64,000 nt of DNA from Macrostomum lignano (taxonomy: Eukaryota), in the NCBI GenBank assembly GCA_002269645.1, contig NIVC01002600.1, forward strand, positions 62,001-126,000. Reading direction: 5' to 3'. Position 1 is the stretch's first letter. Every line of letters begins with the position of its first letter. The notes under the pieces were generated by a model that worked only from the letters and a program-made list of their open reading frames with translations, made no database searches and had not been told where the DNA came from. Below, piece after piece: positions 13,801 through 25,140 of the stretch. The position numbers and the translations under genes were made by a program.

Positions 13801-15453
13801 CGGCCGAGAGCGCAGGTCGTGCAGCTGGGTGCGCAGGCCGTGGGCTGTCAGCAGGATGGTGTCCAGCGCCTGGTGGATGCTGTGCACTACTGTTGATGTT
13901 ACCGTACGACAGGCATTTGCGTTTACAGCCTCGCGTAGGCAGTCGGCAATGAGTCGCAGCGGCTCCCTGAGCTGGACACCAACCTAAAATGGCGGCAGCA
14001 TAGGACAGCAGCATTTAGAAAGCACAGAGTGCGATAGATGCTGTGACAGCCTGCGTGACAGCCGGTATGACAGCAACTACAGGCTGCAAAAATCACTGTG
14101 ACAGCAACTACAGGCGCAAAAATCACCGTGACAGCAACTACAGGCTGCAAAAATCACAGTGACAGCAACTACAGACTGCAAAAATCACCGTGACAGCAAC
14201 TACAGGCTGCAAAAAATCACCGTGACAGCAACTACAATATGCAAAAATCACAGTGACAGCAACTACAGGCTGCAAAAAATCACCGTGACAGCAACTACAG
14301 GCTGCAAAAATCACAGTGACAGCAACTACAGGCTGCAAAAAATCACCGTGACAGCAACTACAGACTGCAAAAATCACAGTGACAGCAACTACAGACTGCA
14401 AAAATCACCGTGACAGCAACTACAATATGCAAAAATTACCATGACAGCAATTACAGACTGCGACAGACTATAAAAAACCCACCTGTCTAGCGCAGGCCCA
14501 CTCATCCGAGCAGGAGGCGTGGTGCGGCAGCCAGCAATTCGAATTGGCGGCAGTAGCCACTCCGCCCATCTCGTCGTCTCCCTCTGTAGCCATAGCAACT
14601 ACATCGCCGCCGCTGGTGACTTGAACAACAATGCCTACTCGGTCAGCCTCGTCCGGCTCAGCGGTCTCTTCGCTCTCCGTCTCCCAGGATTCGTTATCGT
14701 CCGAGTCGGCTTCGAAATTGTTGAAAAAGCTCGAAGACTCGCTAGCCGAGCGTTGCTCCGGGCCGCCACTGAGAAGGCCTTCTAAACTAAATAACTCACT
14801 GGGCCACAGATCCGACTCTTGGCCGTCTAACCAGGCGACACGAATTTTGCCCTGCCGATATGTATCGAAAGAACACTTTATTAAGAAGTGATTCGCTAGG
14901 ATACATAATAAGACTACATACAAGCTAGAATAGGCCTAAATAGACTTATAGTTAGGTAATGCTTATACCGATATGTATCGAAAAGTAATTTTATTAACGC
15001 GCTCTTTTATAGAACATATATGGAATGCTATAAGAACCAAAAAATGAAGACAGAAACTGTTCCACTGACAGCCTAGCCCGCAACCTGCAATAGCTTTGTA
15101 GTTATAATAAGCTATTGCGTATGCTGTTGAGCAAACAACTGTAATAGACGGAGGCAGGAAGTGCGAATCACTGGGGGGGGGTTGAAGCACATATGTAGGC
15201 AGCAGAGTTCCCATCCTCAAATATATGTCGGATTTTCGGCAAACAAAAAAGAAGAATTACACTGGGGTAGTGGGGGCGGTTATTAGCTCAAGAAACAAGT
15301 TTAATTCCCGGTCTCTTTGAAGATCAGTTTGCATTGACACTAACAGCTGATTTAGCGATGAAATAGAATGAAACTGAATTAAACTTTTATTACCAGTTTT
15401 TACACTACGTATGCCAAGTGGATCAATCTATTTCTGAAGTATCTGTGTCAATT

Positions 15454-15514
<61 letters not shown>

Positions 15515-15868
15515 GTCTCCCTGTCTGTCTATCTGTGTCTTAGTGTCTGTCTGTGTCTCCCTGTCTGTTTGTGTGTCTGGGTCTTAGTGTCTGTCTGTCT
15601 GTGTGTCTGTCTGGGTCTTAGTGTCTGTCTGTCTGTGTGTCTGTCTGGGTCTTAGTGTCTGTCTGTCTGTGTGTCTGTCTGGGTCTTAGTGTCTGTCTGT
15701 CTGTGTGTCTGTCTGGGTCTTAGTGTCTGTCTGTCTGTGTGTCTGTCTGCGTCTTAGTGTCTTAGTGTCTGTCTGTCTGTGTCTCCCTGTCTGTCTGTGT
15801 GTCTGTCTGCGTCTTAGTGTCTTAGTGTCTTAGTGTCTGTCTATCAATCCTGTCAGTGTCTGCCTGCC

Positions 15869-15959
<91 letters not shown>

Positions 15960-18900
15960 ATTGTCTGTCTGTCTGTCTGTCTTAGTGTCTGCCTGTCTGT
16001 CCTTCTGCACACCTGATTATCAATCAATCAATCTACATACTCATTTTCTAACTGTCCATCTACCCATCTATCTATTTCGTGCAGAGCAGCTCAGCGGTCA
16101 ACACCTAGCTATCGCGACACAACTACCTGGCTCATTAGTTAGAGTTTAGCGCTCTAATAATTTATTGAACAAATTAAACTTTAATTTGGAGCCTTGCATG
16201 AAAATTGGCTGGAGAAGGGCGGGGGGTTGTCGGGCGACTCGAACCCATGCCGGCCAACCCCCTCCACCCAGGCACAGTGTACATGCCTGACGATTAGAAA
16301 GTCAGGGCCGCTGTACACCCTGAGTGCTGTGCCTGAGTACAGTATTGACGCGCTCGCATCTGCTCAGGAGTCAGCGGAATGGGCAGATTTGGCTCAGCAC
16401 TAGTTTTTTATAACGATGTCGCCGAAGCAACATCTGAACCCTGACCCACAGCAGTCTCACCGTTTCCAGCACCACTCGCACAACGTCGCCTAACTGGATA
16501 GGGCCGGGCGGAGATGCCGCTGCCGCTTCGGGCTGATCGCCCACCAACTGCTGCGACTTGAGCATCACGATAGTCCTGGGCCTGTACTCATAGATAGGGT
16601 ACTCCTTTAGGTCGATGGTGCTCACTAGCTCGGGCTGGCCAAGCGGTTCGGAGGCGCCGCCGGTAGCGGTAGCGGCAGCCGGGCCCTCGCGAAACCATTG
16701 CACTCTGGCCAGCTTCTGTCTGACGTCATTCTCCAGCACCAGCCCGTAGCGATCGGGCATCGACGAGCTTGCCTGATTGGAGCCGTCGCTTATGTCGGCC
16801 TCCAGCTGCAGCTGCTGCTGGCTGCTGAGCACAAAATCGCCAGGAAAGAATTGGCTCTCCATGAAATCGTCGAACGGCACCAGATCGCTGTTTGTCGGTT
16901 TTTTGGTTTTAATTGGGGAAAAATGCCGTAAAAAGTTAGCAAAGCACATACAGATTCATGACGTCACACCGTAAGACGATGAGTGATTTAAAGCCAAGGT
17001 ATGAAGTCACACTGTATTTGAGATTAGCTTTCTGTGGAGTGAAGTGAATGTGTGAAGTCACACTGTATTTGAGATTAGCATGCTACGGAGTGATTGTGTG
17101 AATTCACATCATATACTAACACGTGGAGTGTAGGTCTGAAGCAACACATTATCTTGGTTTCGAAATGAAGAGAAACATGCCTAATTAGGAAGGTGGCTAA
17201 TATCTGCTAAATTGAAACTTTGCGAACTTCAAAGCCAAAGAAGAATAATACATCAACACTAATTGGAAAAAGGCATTTAAAAGCTGCTTGTGAAGTTTTC
17301 AAGTCGGCACTCAACAAAATAAAAAAGTAGCAGAAGCAAGCTTGAACAAAGAAACGCATCAACAAATGAAATAAAGGCAAATCGGCGCTCACCAAGACGA
17401 GATGTCGGTCTGCAGTCGGCCGTCCTGCCAGCGAACGTCCACCCGGGTGGAGCAGCTCACCACCTGTACCGCTAGCAGCTGGCCCGAGCGCAGCGCCCGC
17501 TTTTGCAGCTCCTGCAGCACGGCGTCCCCTTCTGCGCCGCCACCGCCGCCTTCGCTTCTGCCGCCGCCGCCGCCTCTGCCATCAGAGACTCGCCGATCGC
17601 CCCGGCCCCCGTTTCGACCGAAGCCGCCGCCGCCGCCGCCGCCGCCACGACGCCTTCGAGAAACGGGAAAGCGGGTGGGGGCGCGGGCAACAGCGGGAGG
17701 AGCTGAGCCGGCGGCACCGTCGGAAGAATCGGCAGAGAAATCGGCAGCGCCGTCTAGACAGCAGGCCGCTGCGACCGCCGCTGCCGCCTCTGCTGTGTCA
17801 GTTTCATCCCCGGACGCCTCCGCGACTGCTGGCAGAATTTCACAGGCAACAAGCTGCTCAGACGCCGCACGCTGCTCGCCGCCTAGCATCAGCTCGTATA
17901 GGACACAGCCGAGGCTGGTGTGCGGCTCCACCTGGAAGACGCGATCATCCTGGCGCAGGTTCAAGTACCTGGGTTTAGAGATAATGCCAGATTATTATGG
18001 TTGTCAAAAGTAGAAATTCCAAGGGGAAAACTACACGGGTTGCATTGGAGTAACCTGAGACATTGTGGCGTTGCAACTCGCCGCTACCCTACCACAGCAG
18101 GGTGAACTGCATCTCAGTGTGCTCAGTTTACAGGGGGCTTTTACGCTACCCTACCACAGCAGGGTGAACTGCAGCTCAGTGTACTCAGTTTACAGGGGGC
18201 TTTTACGCTACCCTACCACAGCAGGGTGAACTGCAGCTCAGTGTACTCAGTTTACAGGGGGCTTTTACGCTACCCTACCACAGCAGGGTGAACTGCAGCT
18301 CAGTGTACTCAGTTTACAGGGGGCTTTTACGCTACCCTACCACAGCAGGGTGAACTGCAGCTCAGTGTACTCAGTTTACAGGGGGCTTTTACGCTACCCT
18401 ACCACAGCAGGGTGAACTGCAGCTCTGTGTACTCAGTTTACAGGGGGCTTTTATTCACAACCGCAACCCAGTTAAACCGCAGAGGCAAGAAGTCAGCCCT
18501 GAGCACGCACACACAGGGTGTACAGCGGCGGCTTTGACTTTCTCATTATGAGACATGTACACACTCTGTGCCTCGTGGTTGACCTTCATGGCAAGAAGCG
18601 CAGAAGCCCCAGATCGAACCCAGGGCACTTTGGTGCGAGGGTCAGAGACGTTTACCGCTGAGCTTTATCTTGTCTATTTAACTGCGTACTAACCGCTGCC
18701 CACTCGGCTTAACTTGTAAGTGTTCGGTAGCGCAAAAAAGTTATTTACGCAACAATCTTGATATAACCGATCACTCTCTCTGTCCTTTGCTCATTTACAG
18801 TAATAGCAAATTGTAACAAGATTGCTTAAGTACAGTTGACGACGTGATTCTAATTAATTTATCCATCTCTACTTTACTACGCCATTGCCAGAGAGTGCAA

Positions 18901-21900
18901 ATTAGCCAGCCTAAGCTAAGCCAAGCGGCTGTTTTCAAGCTAAACAAAGTTGAACTCTCTCTAGTTAAGTTATTGTTTAGCCAGGTCGATAGATTTGGGC
19001 AAACTGGAGGGGGGGGGGCGGAGAGTGAACTACAGTCTGTCTGTAGAGTCTTGTCGATTACATTACACAGCATAGTTCCGGTTTAATGCATCCCATACCG
19101 GCACGCTCAGCTTGTCAAATTGATCTATAATAAGAAATTCATTAATCATCGATTGTGTACGGTCGATCAATTTCAGCTACAGCTCAGGAACACTTATTGA
19201 CTTTACTGCCGTTATTAAACATCTGTATTATATTATGTTATTACTATCATTTAATATATTATATCTGTGATGGAATTGGTCTGGCTGTCGGTCTGTCTGT
19301 CGGTTTGTATGTCTGTCTGTCTTAGTGTCTGTCTGTCTGCCTGTCTGTCAGTGCCTGTCTGTGTCTCTCTGTCGTCTGTCTGTCAGACAAGTGTAGCAGT
19401 CCGATCTACGATATAAGCATCATGAAATACATCATACTGATCAGACCTACCGATATGCATATTTACTAACTTGACTTAATTACATTGATTTATCGCAAGA
19501 CACTAACAAAAGGACTGCACCAAAGGACCATTGAGGGGCTGCTTAACCGAAGGAGAATTAGGGCGGGGTTCTCAAACGAAGGACCATTGGGGGCTCAACC
19601 GAAGGACCATAGGGCGGCTCAACCGAAGGACCATGGGGCGGCTCAACCGAAGGACCATAGGGCGGCTCAACCGAAGGACCATGGGGCGGCTCAACCGAAG
19701 GACCATGGGGCGGCTCAACCGAAGGACCATAGGGCCGCTCAACCGAAGGACCATGGGGCGGCTCAACCGAAGGACCATGGGGCGGCTCAACCGAAGGACC
19801 ATAGGGCGGCTCAACCGAAGGACCATAGGGCGGGGTTCTCAAACGAAGGACCATTGGGGGCTCAACCGAAGGACCATAGGGCGGCTCAACCGAAGGACCA
19901 TGGGGCGGCTCAACCGAAGGACCATGGGGCGGCTCAACCGAAGGACCATGGGGCGGCTCAACCGAAGGACCATAGGGGGGGGGTTGCTCAACCAATGGAC
20001 CATGGGGGGGGGCTGCTCCACCGAAAGGGAGTCTGGCTACTCAACAAAAATAATCCACACGGCGCCTTAAATGAAGACTTTACAGGAGAAGTAATAATAA
20101 AGCATCAGCTTTAAGCCAAATCCAACAATCATTAAGTGGGACAGTACTCATGCAGCAGTGCTCTGCCAGAAAGAGAAGATTAATGAAATATTGATGCTTC
20201 AAATTGCCGATTGTAAATTCGCGCATCTTTTAAGAGATGACAGAATGTAATTAATAATTAATTTATTCACCTCTGGGAAGCCGTAAAAATGGGACTAAGT
20301 GTAACTTTCTGTCTCTCTCTTGAAAAATGAACTCATTAGAAATTTAGCAAAAGTTTCACAAGTGCCTGCCACAGTAAAAGCTGTCTACTCTTAAAGAGTC
20401 AATGCAAAAAATATTGAAAAATCGGAATAAAAAACTTTCTGGCATTTTCGCTATTTACTTTATAGGGAAAGTGCAGAACCAACGCGTGTAAAGCAATAAA
20501 TAATCACAGTTTATTCCACTTAGTCAGTGCTTGCTTGAACCCACGCAAAGCTGCATCCTTGACCCACTTTGACAGACCCAAAACTCACGCGAAGCTGCTT
20601 CCTTGACCCACTTGGACCCACGCAGACAGATGCGGACTCACGCAAAGCTGCATCCTTGACCCACTTGGACCCACGCAGACAGATGCGGACTCACGCAAAG
20701 CTGCATCCTTGACCCACTTGGACCCACGCAGACAGATACGGACTAACGCGAAGCTGCATCCTTGACCCACTTGGACCCACGCAGACAGATGCGGACTCAC
20801 GCAAAGCTGCATCCTTGACCCACTTGGACCCACGCAGACAGATGCGGACTCACGCAAAGCTGCATCCTTGACCCACTTGGACCCACGCAGACAGATGCGG
20901 ACTCACGCAAAGCTGCATCCTTGACCCACTTGGACCCACGCAGACAGATACGGACTCACGCGAAGCTGAAACCCTTGACCCACTTGGACCCACGCAGACA
21001 GATGCGGACTCACGCGAAGCTGCATCCTTGACCCACTTGGACCCACGCTGACAGACCCGGACTCACGCAAAGCAGCCGAGAGTCAGCCTGTCCACCACAG
21101 CAGGCCGGTCGCTGCCAATGGCGGGATTGCAGGCCAGCAGGCGGCTCGCCTCCAGCTCTTTAGGCAGGTCGCCAAGCGGCCTGACAGTCAGACAGGGGAA
21201 GCAGAAGTGCCAATCAACTTCGAAGCTGCTCGGCTTGACGCTAATAACCTCGGCAACAAGTCGCCGCCGGCTCACAGCACGCCTTAGCGCGGCAGGATTG
21301 GAGCCGAATCGAATCCATTGAATCTCGGATCGAAGGGTGTGCAGTACGCCCGGGTGCAGCTCGACAAAGGCGCCGCGGTACAGCCGGTCGCTGCAGAACG
21401 GATGCGACTGGTTCGCGGAGAAATCGCCGATAACCCGAGTGTCGCCGTACTCCAGCACGTGCGCCGGCGCGCGGATTCTGTTTGTGTTGGTTGGCAGGAG
21501 AATTGGGAGAGCTGATGAGGCTTAACAGTTGAGATGCTGGAGAAACTCATCAGTCTATGTCTGATATCTATGTAAACAATATACTCGTAGCTGACATACA
21601 ATGATCATTGCACAATGACCAGCTATATGAAGCTGAGGACCCTGAACAATGACCAGCTATATGAAGCTGAGGACCCTGCACAATGACCAGCTATATGAAG
21701 CTGAGGACCCTGAACAATGACCAGCTATATGAAGCTGAGGACCCTGCACAATGACCAGCTATATGAAGCTGAGGACCCTGCACAATGACCAGCTATATGA
21801 AGCTGAGGACCCTGAACAATGACCAGCTATATGAAGCTGAGGACCCTGCACAATGACCAGCTATATGAAGCTGAGGACCCTGCACAATGACCAGCTACAT

Positions 21901-24453
21901 GAAGGTGAGGACCCTGCACAATGACCAGCTACATGAAGGTGAGGACCCTGCACAATGACCAGCTATATGAAGCTGAGGACCCTGCACAATGACCAGCTAT
22001 ATGAAGCTGAGGACCCTGAACAATGACCAGCTATATGAAGCTGAGGATCCTGCACAATGACCAGCTATATGAAGGTGAGGACCCTGAACAATGACCAGCT
22101 ACATGAAGGTGAGGACCCTGCACAATGACCAGCTACATGAAGGTGAGGACCCTGCACAATGACCAGCTATATGAAGCTGAGGACCCTGAACAATGACCAG
22201 CTATATGAAGCTGAGGATCCTGCACAATGACCAGCTATATGAAGCTGAGGACCCTGAACAATGACCAGCTACATGAAGGTGAGGACCCTGCACAATGACC
22301 AGCTACATGAAGGTGAGGACCCTGCACAATGACCAGCTATATGAAGCTGAGAACCCTGAACAATGACCAGCTATATGAAGCTGAGGACCCTGCACAATGA
22401 CCAGCTATATGAAGGTGAGGACCCTGCACAATGACCAGCTATATGAAGCTGAGGACCCTGAACAATGACCAGCTACATGAAGGTGAGGACCCTGCACAAT
22501 GACCAGCTATATGAAGGTGAGGACCCTGCAGTGCCCCGAATGCTGATGTATTAGGAACCTACATGAATTACGAGTATGGGGTTAGCATTGCTCCACAGAG
22601 ACCAAATTAATGACTTTCATTAAATCCTACAAAAGTCCCTAACACAATTGTCATGCACATTAATTCATTTCCGAGACTCCCAGCTGAGTACCAGACGGCT
22701 AAGATTACAGAGGCGACAGGAAATTAAAAAGATTCAAATTCAATAATTAATATTAAATAAGAAAGATCGTGAGATTTCTCTTCTCAATGCAACCATAAAT
22801 TAATTGCAGGCAATAAATTTCGAAAAAAATCTTTGATCACTCAGTTCACAGAGTTGTGTGGGCGGGTTTAGCAAAATCAATGAATTATAAATCAGATGCA
22901 ATAAAAATCTATATAAAAGTCGAACTATTCCGCTAGCATAAGTTATTATCGCGAATGTAAAAGAGGGGGTCATAAATGCTAGCTATTTTAAGTTTCAAAT
23001 ACTCGTAATTAAGCTTCTTCATGCTGAAAAAAGAAGCTACTTAATCTAAGTAGCCAGTTGCGTATTCGAATATTAAACAGCAAATAATAATGAGGCAAGC
23101 AGCTTACACGGAGCCGTCGACAAATTTGAGTTCCACCAGTTCCCGCGAAATGGACTGCACAGAGCCGTACCAGCCGTCGTACTGGACTGATTGGCGACCG
23201 AGTTCGTCAATGAACTGTCAATCAAAGGCAAGGGAGTTCGTTTCTTTTTAAAACTTCCTAGTGGTTAGAGCGGCGGACTCACGACTTGAAGGTCGGGGGT
23301 TCGATTCCCGATCCAACTGGAACAATTTGTCCTTGAGCAAGACACTTAACTCTGTCTTCCAAAACCACTATAGCGTTTCCCTAACGTGTACGATAGGGGA
23401 TCCTACCATGTACGATGGGGAATCCTACCATGTACGAGTTCAATTGGGAATCTCACTATGTACCAGTACAAAGGGAAATCCTACCATGTACGAGTTCGAT
23501 TGGGAATCTCACTATGTACCAGTACAAAGGGAAATCCTACCATGTACAAAAAATCCTATCATGTACAAATTGAAATTCTTACTATGTACGATGGGAAATC
23601 CTACCATGTACGATGGGAAATCCTACCATGTACGATGGGAAATCCTACCATGTACGATGGGAAATCCTACCATGTACGAGTTCGATTGGGAATCTCACTA
23701 TGTACCAGTACAAAGGGAAATCCTACCATGTACGAGTTCGATTGGGAATCTCACTATGTACCAGTACAAAGGGAAATCCTACCATGTGCAAAAAAATCTT
23801 ATCATGTACAAATTGAAATTCTTACTATGTGCGATGGGAAATCCTACCATATACGATGGGAAATCCTACCATGTACGATGGTAAATCCTACCATGTACAA
23901 TGGGAAATCCTAGCATGTGCGATGGGAAATTCAAAGCGTACACTGGATGGTCGAACTACCAATAAACGAATTGAATAATCTGAGCTAGACTCACATTGCC
24001 GCACAGGATGCGATCAGCCGAGACCCCGGCAATCAACCTGCTATAGCCGGGCACGTACAGGTGGCACTGGCGTCGCGTGGCCTCAACAGTGCCAGCTTGT
24101 CCAGCCTCGTCGTTGGCCCATCTGACCGCGTCGCCAGTCGAGAAGGCTCTATCAACAATGCTAACAACAGGCTCGGCGCCGCTATGGTTACTAAAATCGG
24201 CTGGCGTGGCGGCAACCTGAGTTGGGTCGAGCTCGCCGGTAGCGCCGCTGCACAGCCAGTCAACAGATGGATTAAGCCGTGGCTCCTCCGACGGTGCGTC
24301 TTCGTAATCTTCAACCTCCACTATGCCGATATCGGCGTAGCGCCTGTCGCGATCCAGTCGAACTACTAGATCGTCCAGGTAGAGACGGCATCCATTATTG
24401 GTGCTGTTGCTGGCGTTGGCGTCTGAGACGGCTTCAGCTACTCCTCCGTTCAT
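1878..24453 (-). CDS. UBE2O: E2/E3 hybrid ubiquitin-protein ligase UBE2O, complete, 10 exons, ~1315 aa
   Basis: Exons (minus strand, in order): 24453-23995, 23214-23108, 21477-21067, 17968-17393, 16887-16461, 14851-14483, 13983-13450, 4138-3950, 3232-2720, 2240-1878. All introns are GT..AG and phase-compatible; total 3948 nt = 1316 codons. The C-terminal UBC domain AYEDRMDLMAVLIEGPAGTPYSGALFLFD...RLNPNLYECGKVCVSLLGTW...LLQVLVSVQGLILVEEPLFNEPGY retains the catalytic Cys. UBE2O-specific motifs are present (VDVRWQDG, FFPGDFV, WETESEE, C-terminal GFPLLPLS). The 107-bp exon 2 (YDGWYGSV) is missed by the ORF track. Confidence 0.95.
2258..2652. repeat. Minisatellite, ~33 bp, in UBE2O intron 9
   Basis: GATTTTATTGAGGATCTGGGATTCTCAGATGGG units. 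Confidence 0.93.
3285..3932. repeat. Compound minisatellite (~42-43 bp then ~30 bp) in UBE2O intron 8
   Basis: TATCCTTAGCTGTCCTTGTCATATCCCTAGCTTTCATTGTC grading into TATCCTTAGCTACCATTGTCCATCATTGCC. Confidence 0.93.
5699..6391 (+). CDS. Neuropeptide precursor: signal peptide, acidic spacer and 16 amidated peptides (14x FTPLRamide, 1x FTLLRamide, 1x FSFTPLRamide); tachykinin/natalisin-like FxxxRamide
   Basis: 230-aa ORF with a hydrophobic N-terminus (YVAILVSLAVFSTAYA), a D/E-rich pro-region and (KR/KK)-FTPLR-G units giving dibasic cleavage plus a Gly amide donor. Synonymous third-position variation between units (ccg/cca/cct, cgc/cgt) indicates selection on the protein. AG acceptors lie at 5665-5666 and 5683-5684, just upstream of the ATG. 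Confidence 0.93.
   Translation: MKPRCKYAQYVAILVSLAVFSTAYATSTEQKQEQHQPEALTGENEPSEFEVRNLMQALSEVNSPTAYDREPYYDQEDDGEEQELDDESSNDKRFTPLRGKRFTPLRGKRFTPLRGKKFTPLRGKRFTPLRGKRFTPLRGKKFTPLRGKKFTPLRGKKFTPLRGKRFTPLRGKRFTPLRGKRFTLLRGKKFTPLRGKRFTPLRGKRFTPLRGKRFSFTPLRGKKMFDELQD
9345..10165. repeat. 38-bp minisatellite (~21 copies)
   Basis: AGCTTGAAGTCTTGAGATAACTTGATAGCAATCTCCTT units. Confidence 0.95.
11135..11315. repeat. Short ~22-24 bp tandem array
   Basis: GAGGGGAATACTAGAAGCTCC units. Confidence 0.8.
11895..13315. repeat. 21-bp minisatellite (~65 copies)
   Basis: AAAACTAAGAATCCCAACCTC units. Confidence 0.96.
14040..14460. repeat. ~31-bp minisatellite in UBE2O intron 6
   Basis: GTGACAGCAACTACAGGCTGCAAAAATCAC(C/A) units. 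Confidence 0.93.
15455..16005. repeat. (TCTG)n microsatellite with TCTTAGTG interruptions
   Basis: Directly visible. Confidence 0.95.
16255..16430 (+). mobile_element. SINE family A partial copy
   Basis: CAGGCACAGTGTACATGCCTGACGATTAGAAAGTCAGGGCCGCTGTACACCCTG core. Confidence 0.7.
18082..18452. repeat. 62-bp tandem array (6 copies) abutting a SINE
   Basis: CGCTACCCTACCACAGCAGGGTGAACTGCAGCTCAGTGTACTCAGTTTACAGGGGGCTTTTA units. Confidence 0.93.
18455..18665 (-). mobile_element. SINE family A copy (reverse)
   Basis: The reverse complement reads GCTCAGCGGTAAAC...GGGTTCGATC...GAGGCACAGAGTGTGTACATGTCTCATAATGAGAAAAGTC...CCGCTGTACACCCTG. Confidence 0.7.
19560..20005. repeat. 24-bp minisatellite
   Basis: GGCTCAACCGAAGGACCAT(A/G)GGGC units. 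Confidence 0.93.
20535..21072. repeat. 53-bp minisatellite overlapping the UBE2O exon 3 splice donor
   Basis: GACTCACGCAAAGCTGCATCCTTGACCCACTTGGACCCACGCAGACAGATGCG units. Confidence 0.93.
21610..22530. repeat. 34-bp minisatellite (~27 copies)
   Basis: CAATGACCAGCTATATGAAGCTGAGGACCCTG(C/A)A units. Confidence 0.96.
23258..23360 (+). mobile_element. SINE family B partial copy
   Basis: CTAGTGGTTAGAGCGGCGGACTCACGACTTGAAGGTCGGGGGTTCGATTCCCG...TGTCCTTGAGCAAGACACTTAAC; another partial copy lies at ~56075-56145. Confidence 0.7.
23380..23930. repeat. Compound ~22-bp minisatellite in UBE2O intron 1
   Basis: TGTACGATGGGAAATCCTACCA units and variants. Confidence 0.9.
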
Positions 24454-24764
24454 CTCTAGCGCGTTACCGGGCTAACACTCAGGCGCGAGATTTCTAAAGG
24501 CGAGCTGTAGCGGAAATAGCAATAAATGCTGCTTTATTGTCCGCTACGAGTAGCTATGGTTTATTTCTAGCATAAGGTCTTATGTCGCTAACTAAAGGAT
24601 CAATACTTGTTTACGAAATTAACAATGACCTTATGCATATCAAGGACCCTTTTTTACCTTAGCTTATTAAGCATAAGCTGGTTTTTATAAACGTTTCAGT
24701 GTTTCACTCAAAGATACAATTGCATCAAGGATTTCAATGACTTCAAAGACTTCAACTTCAAGGT

Positions 24765-25140
24765 TCAAGGATGACTGCTGCAATCGGTCAAGGATTGCTG
24801 GAATCGGTCAAGGACGATTGCTGGAATCGGTCAAGGACGATTGCTGGAATCGGTCAAGGACGATTGCTGGAATCGGTCAAGGACGATTGCTGGAATCGGT
24901 CAAGGATGATTGCTGGAATGGTTTAAGGATGACTGCTGGAATCGGTTAAGGATGACTGCTGGAATCGGTTAAGGATGACTGCTGGAATGGTTAATAAGGA
25001 TGATTGCTGGAATGGTTTAAGGATGATTGCTGGAATGGTTTAAGGATGATTGCTGGAATGGTTTAAGGATGATTGCTGGAATGGTTTAAGGATGACTGCT
25101 GGAATCGGTTAAGGATGACTGACGGAATGGTTTAAAGATG
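24765..25140. repeat. ~23-24 bp minisatellite upstream of UBE2O
   Basis: AAGGA(T/C)GA(T/C)TGCTGGAAT(CGGTC/GGTTT) units. Confidence 0.9.

Noticed and set aside
19485-20114. 209-aa ORF (AQPKDHGA)n and overlapping RRTMGRLN ORFs that look like a second peptide precursor
   Set aside because: No signal peptide, no Gly-dibasic amidation pattern and no synonymous-site bias. A 24-bp unit leaves several frames open by chance.
23258-23315. tRNA genes (also 30826, 46734, 47780, 56075)
   Set aside because: A and B boxes are present, but no complete cloverleaf could be built and each is followed by a shared SINE core.
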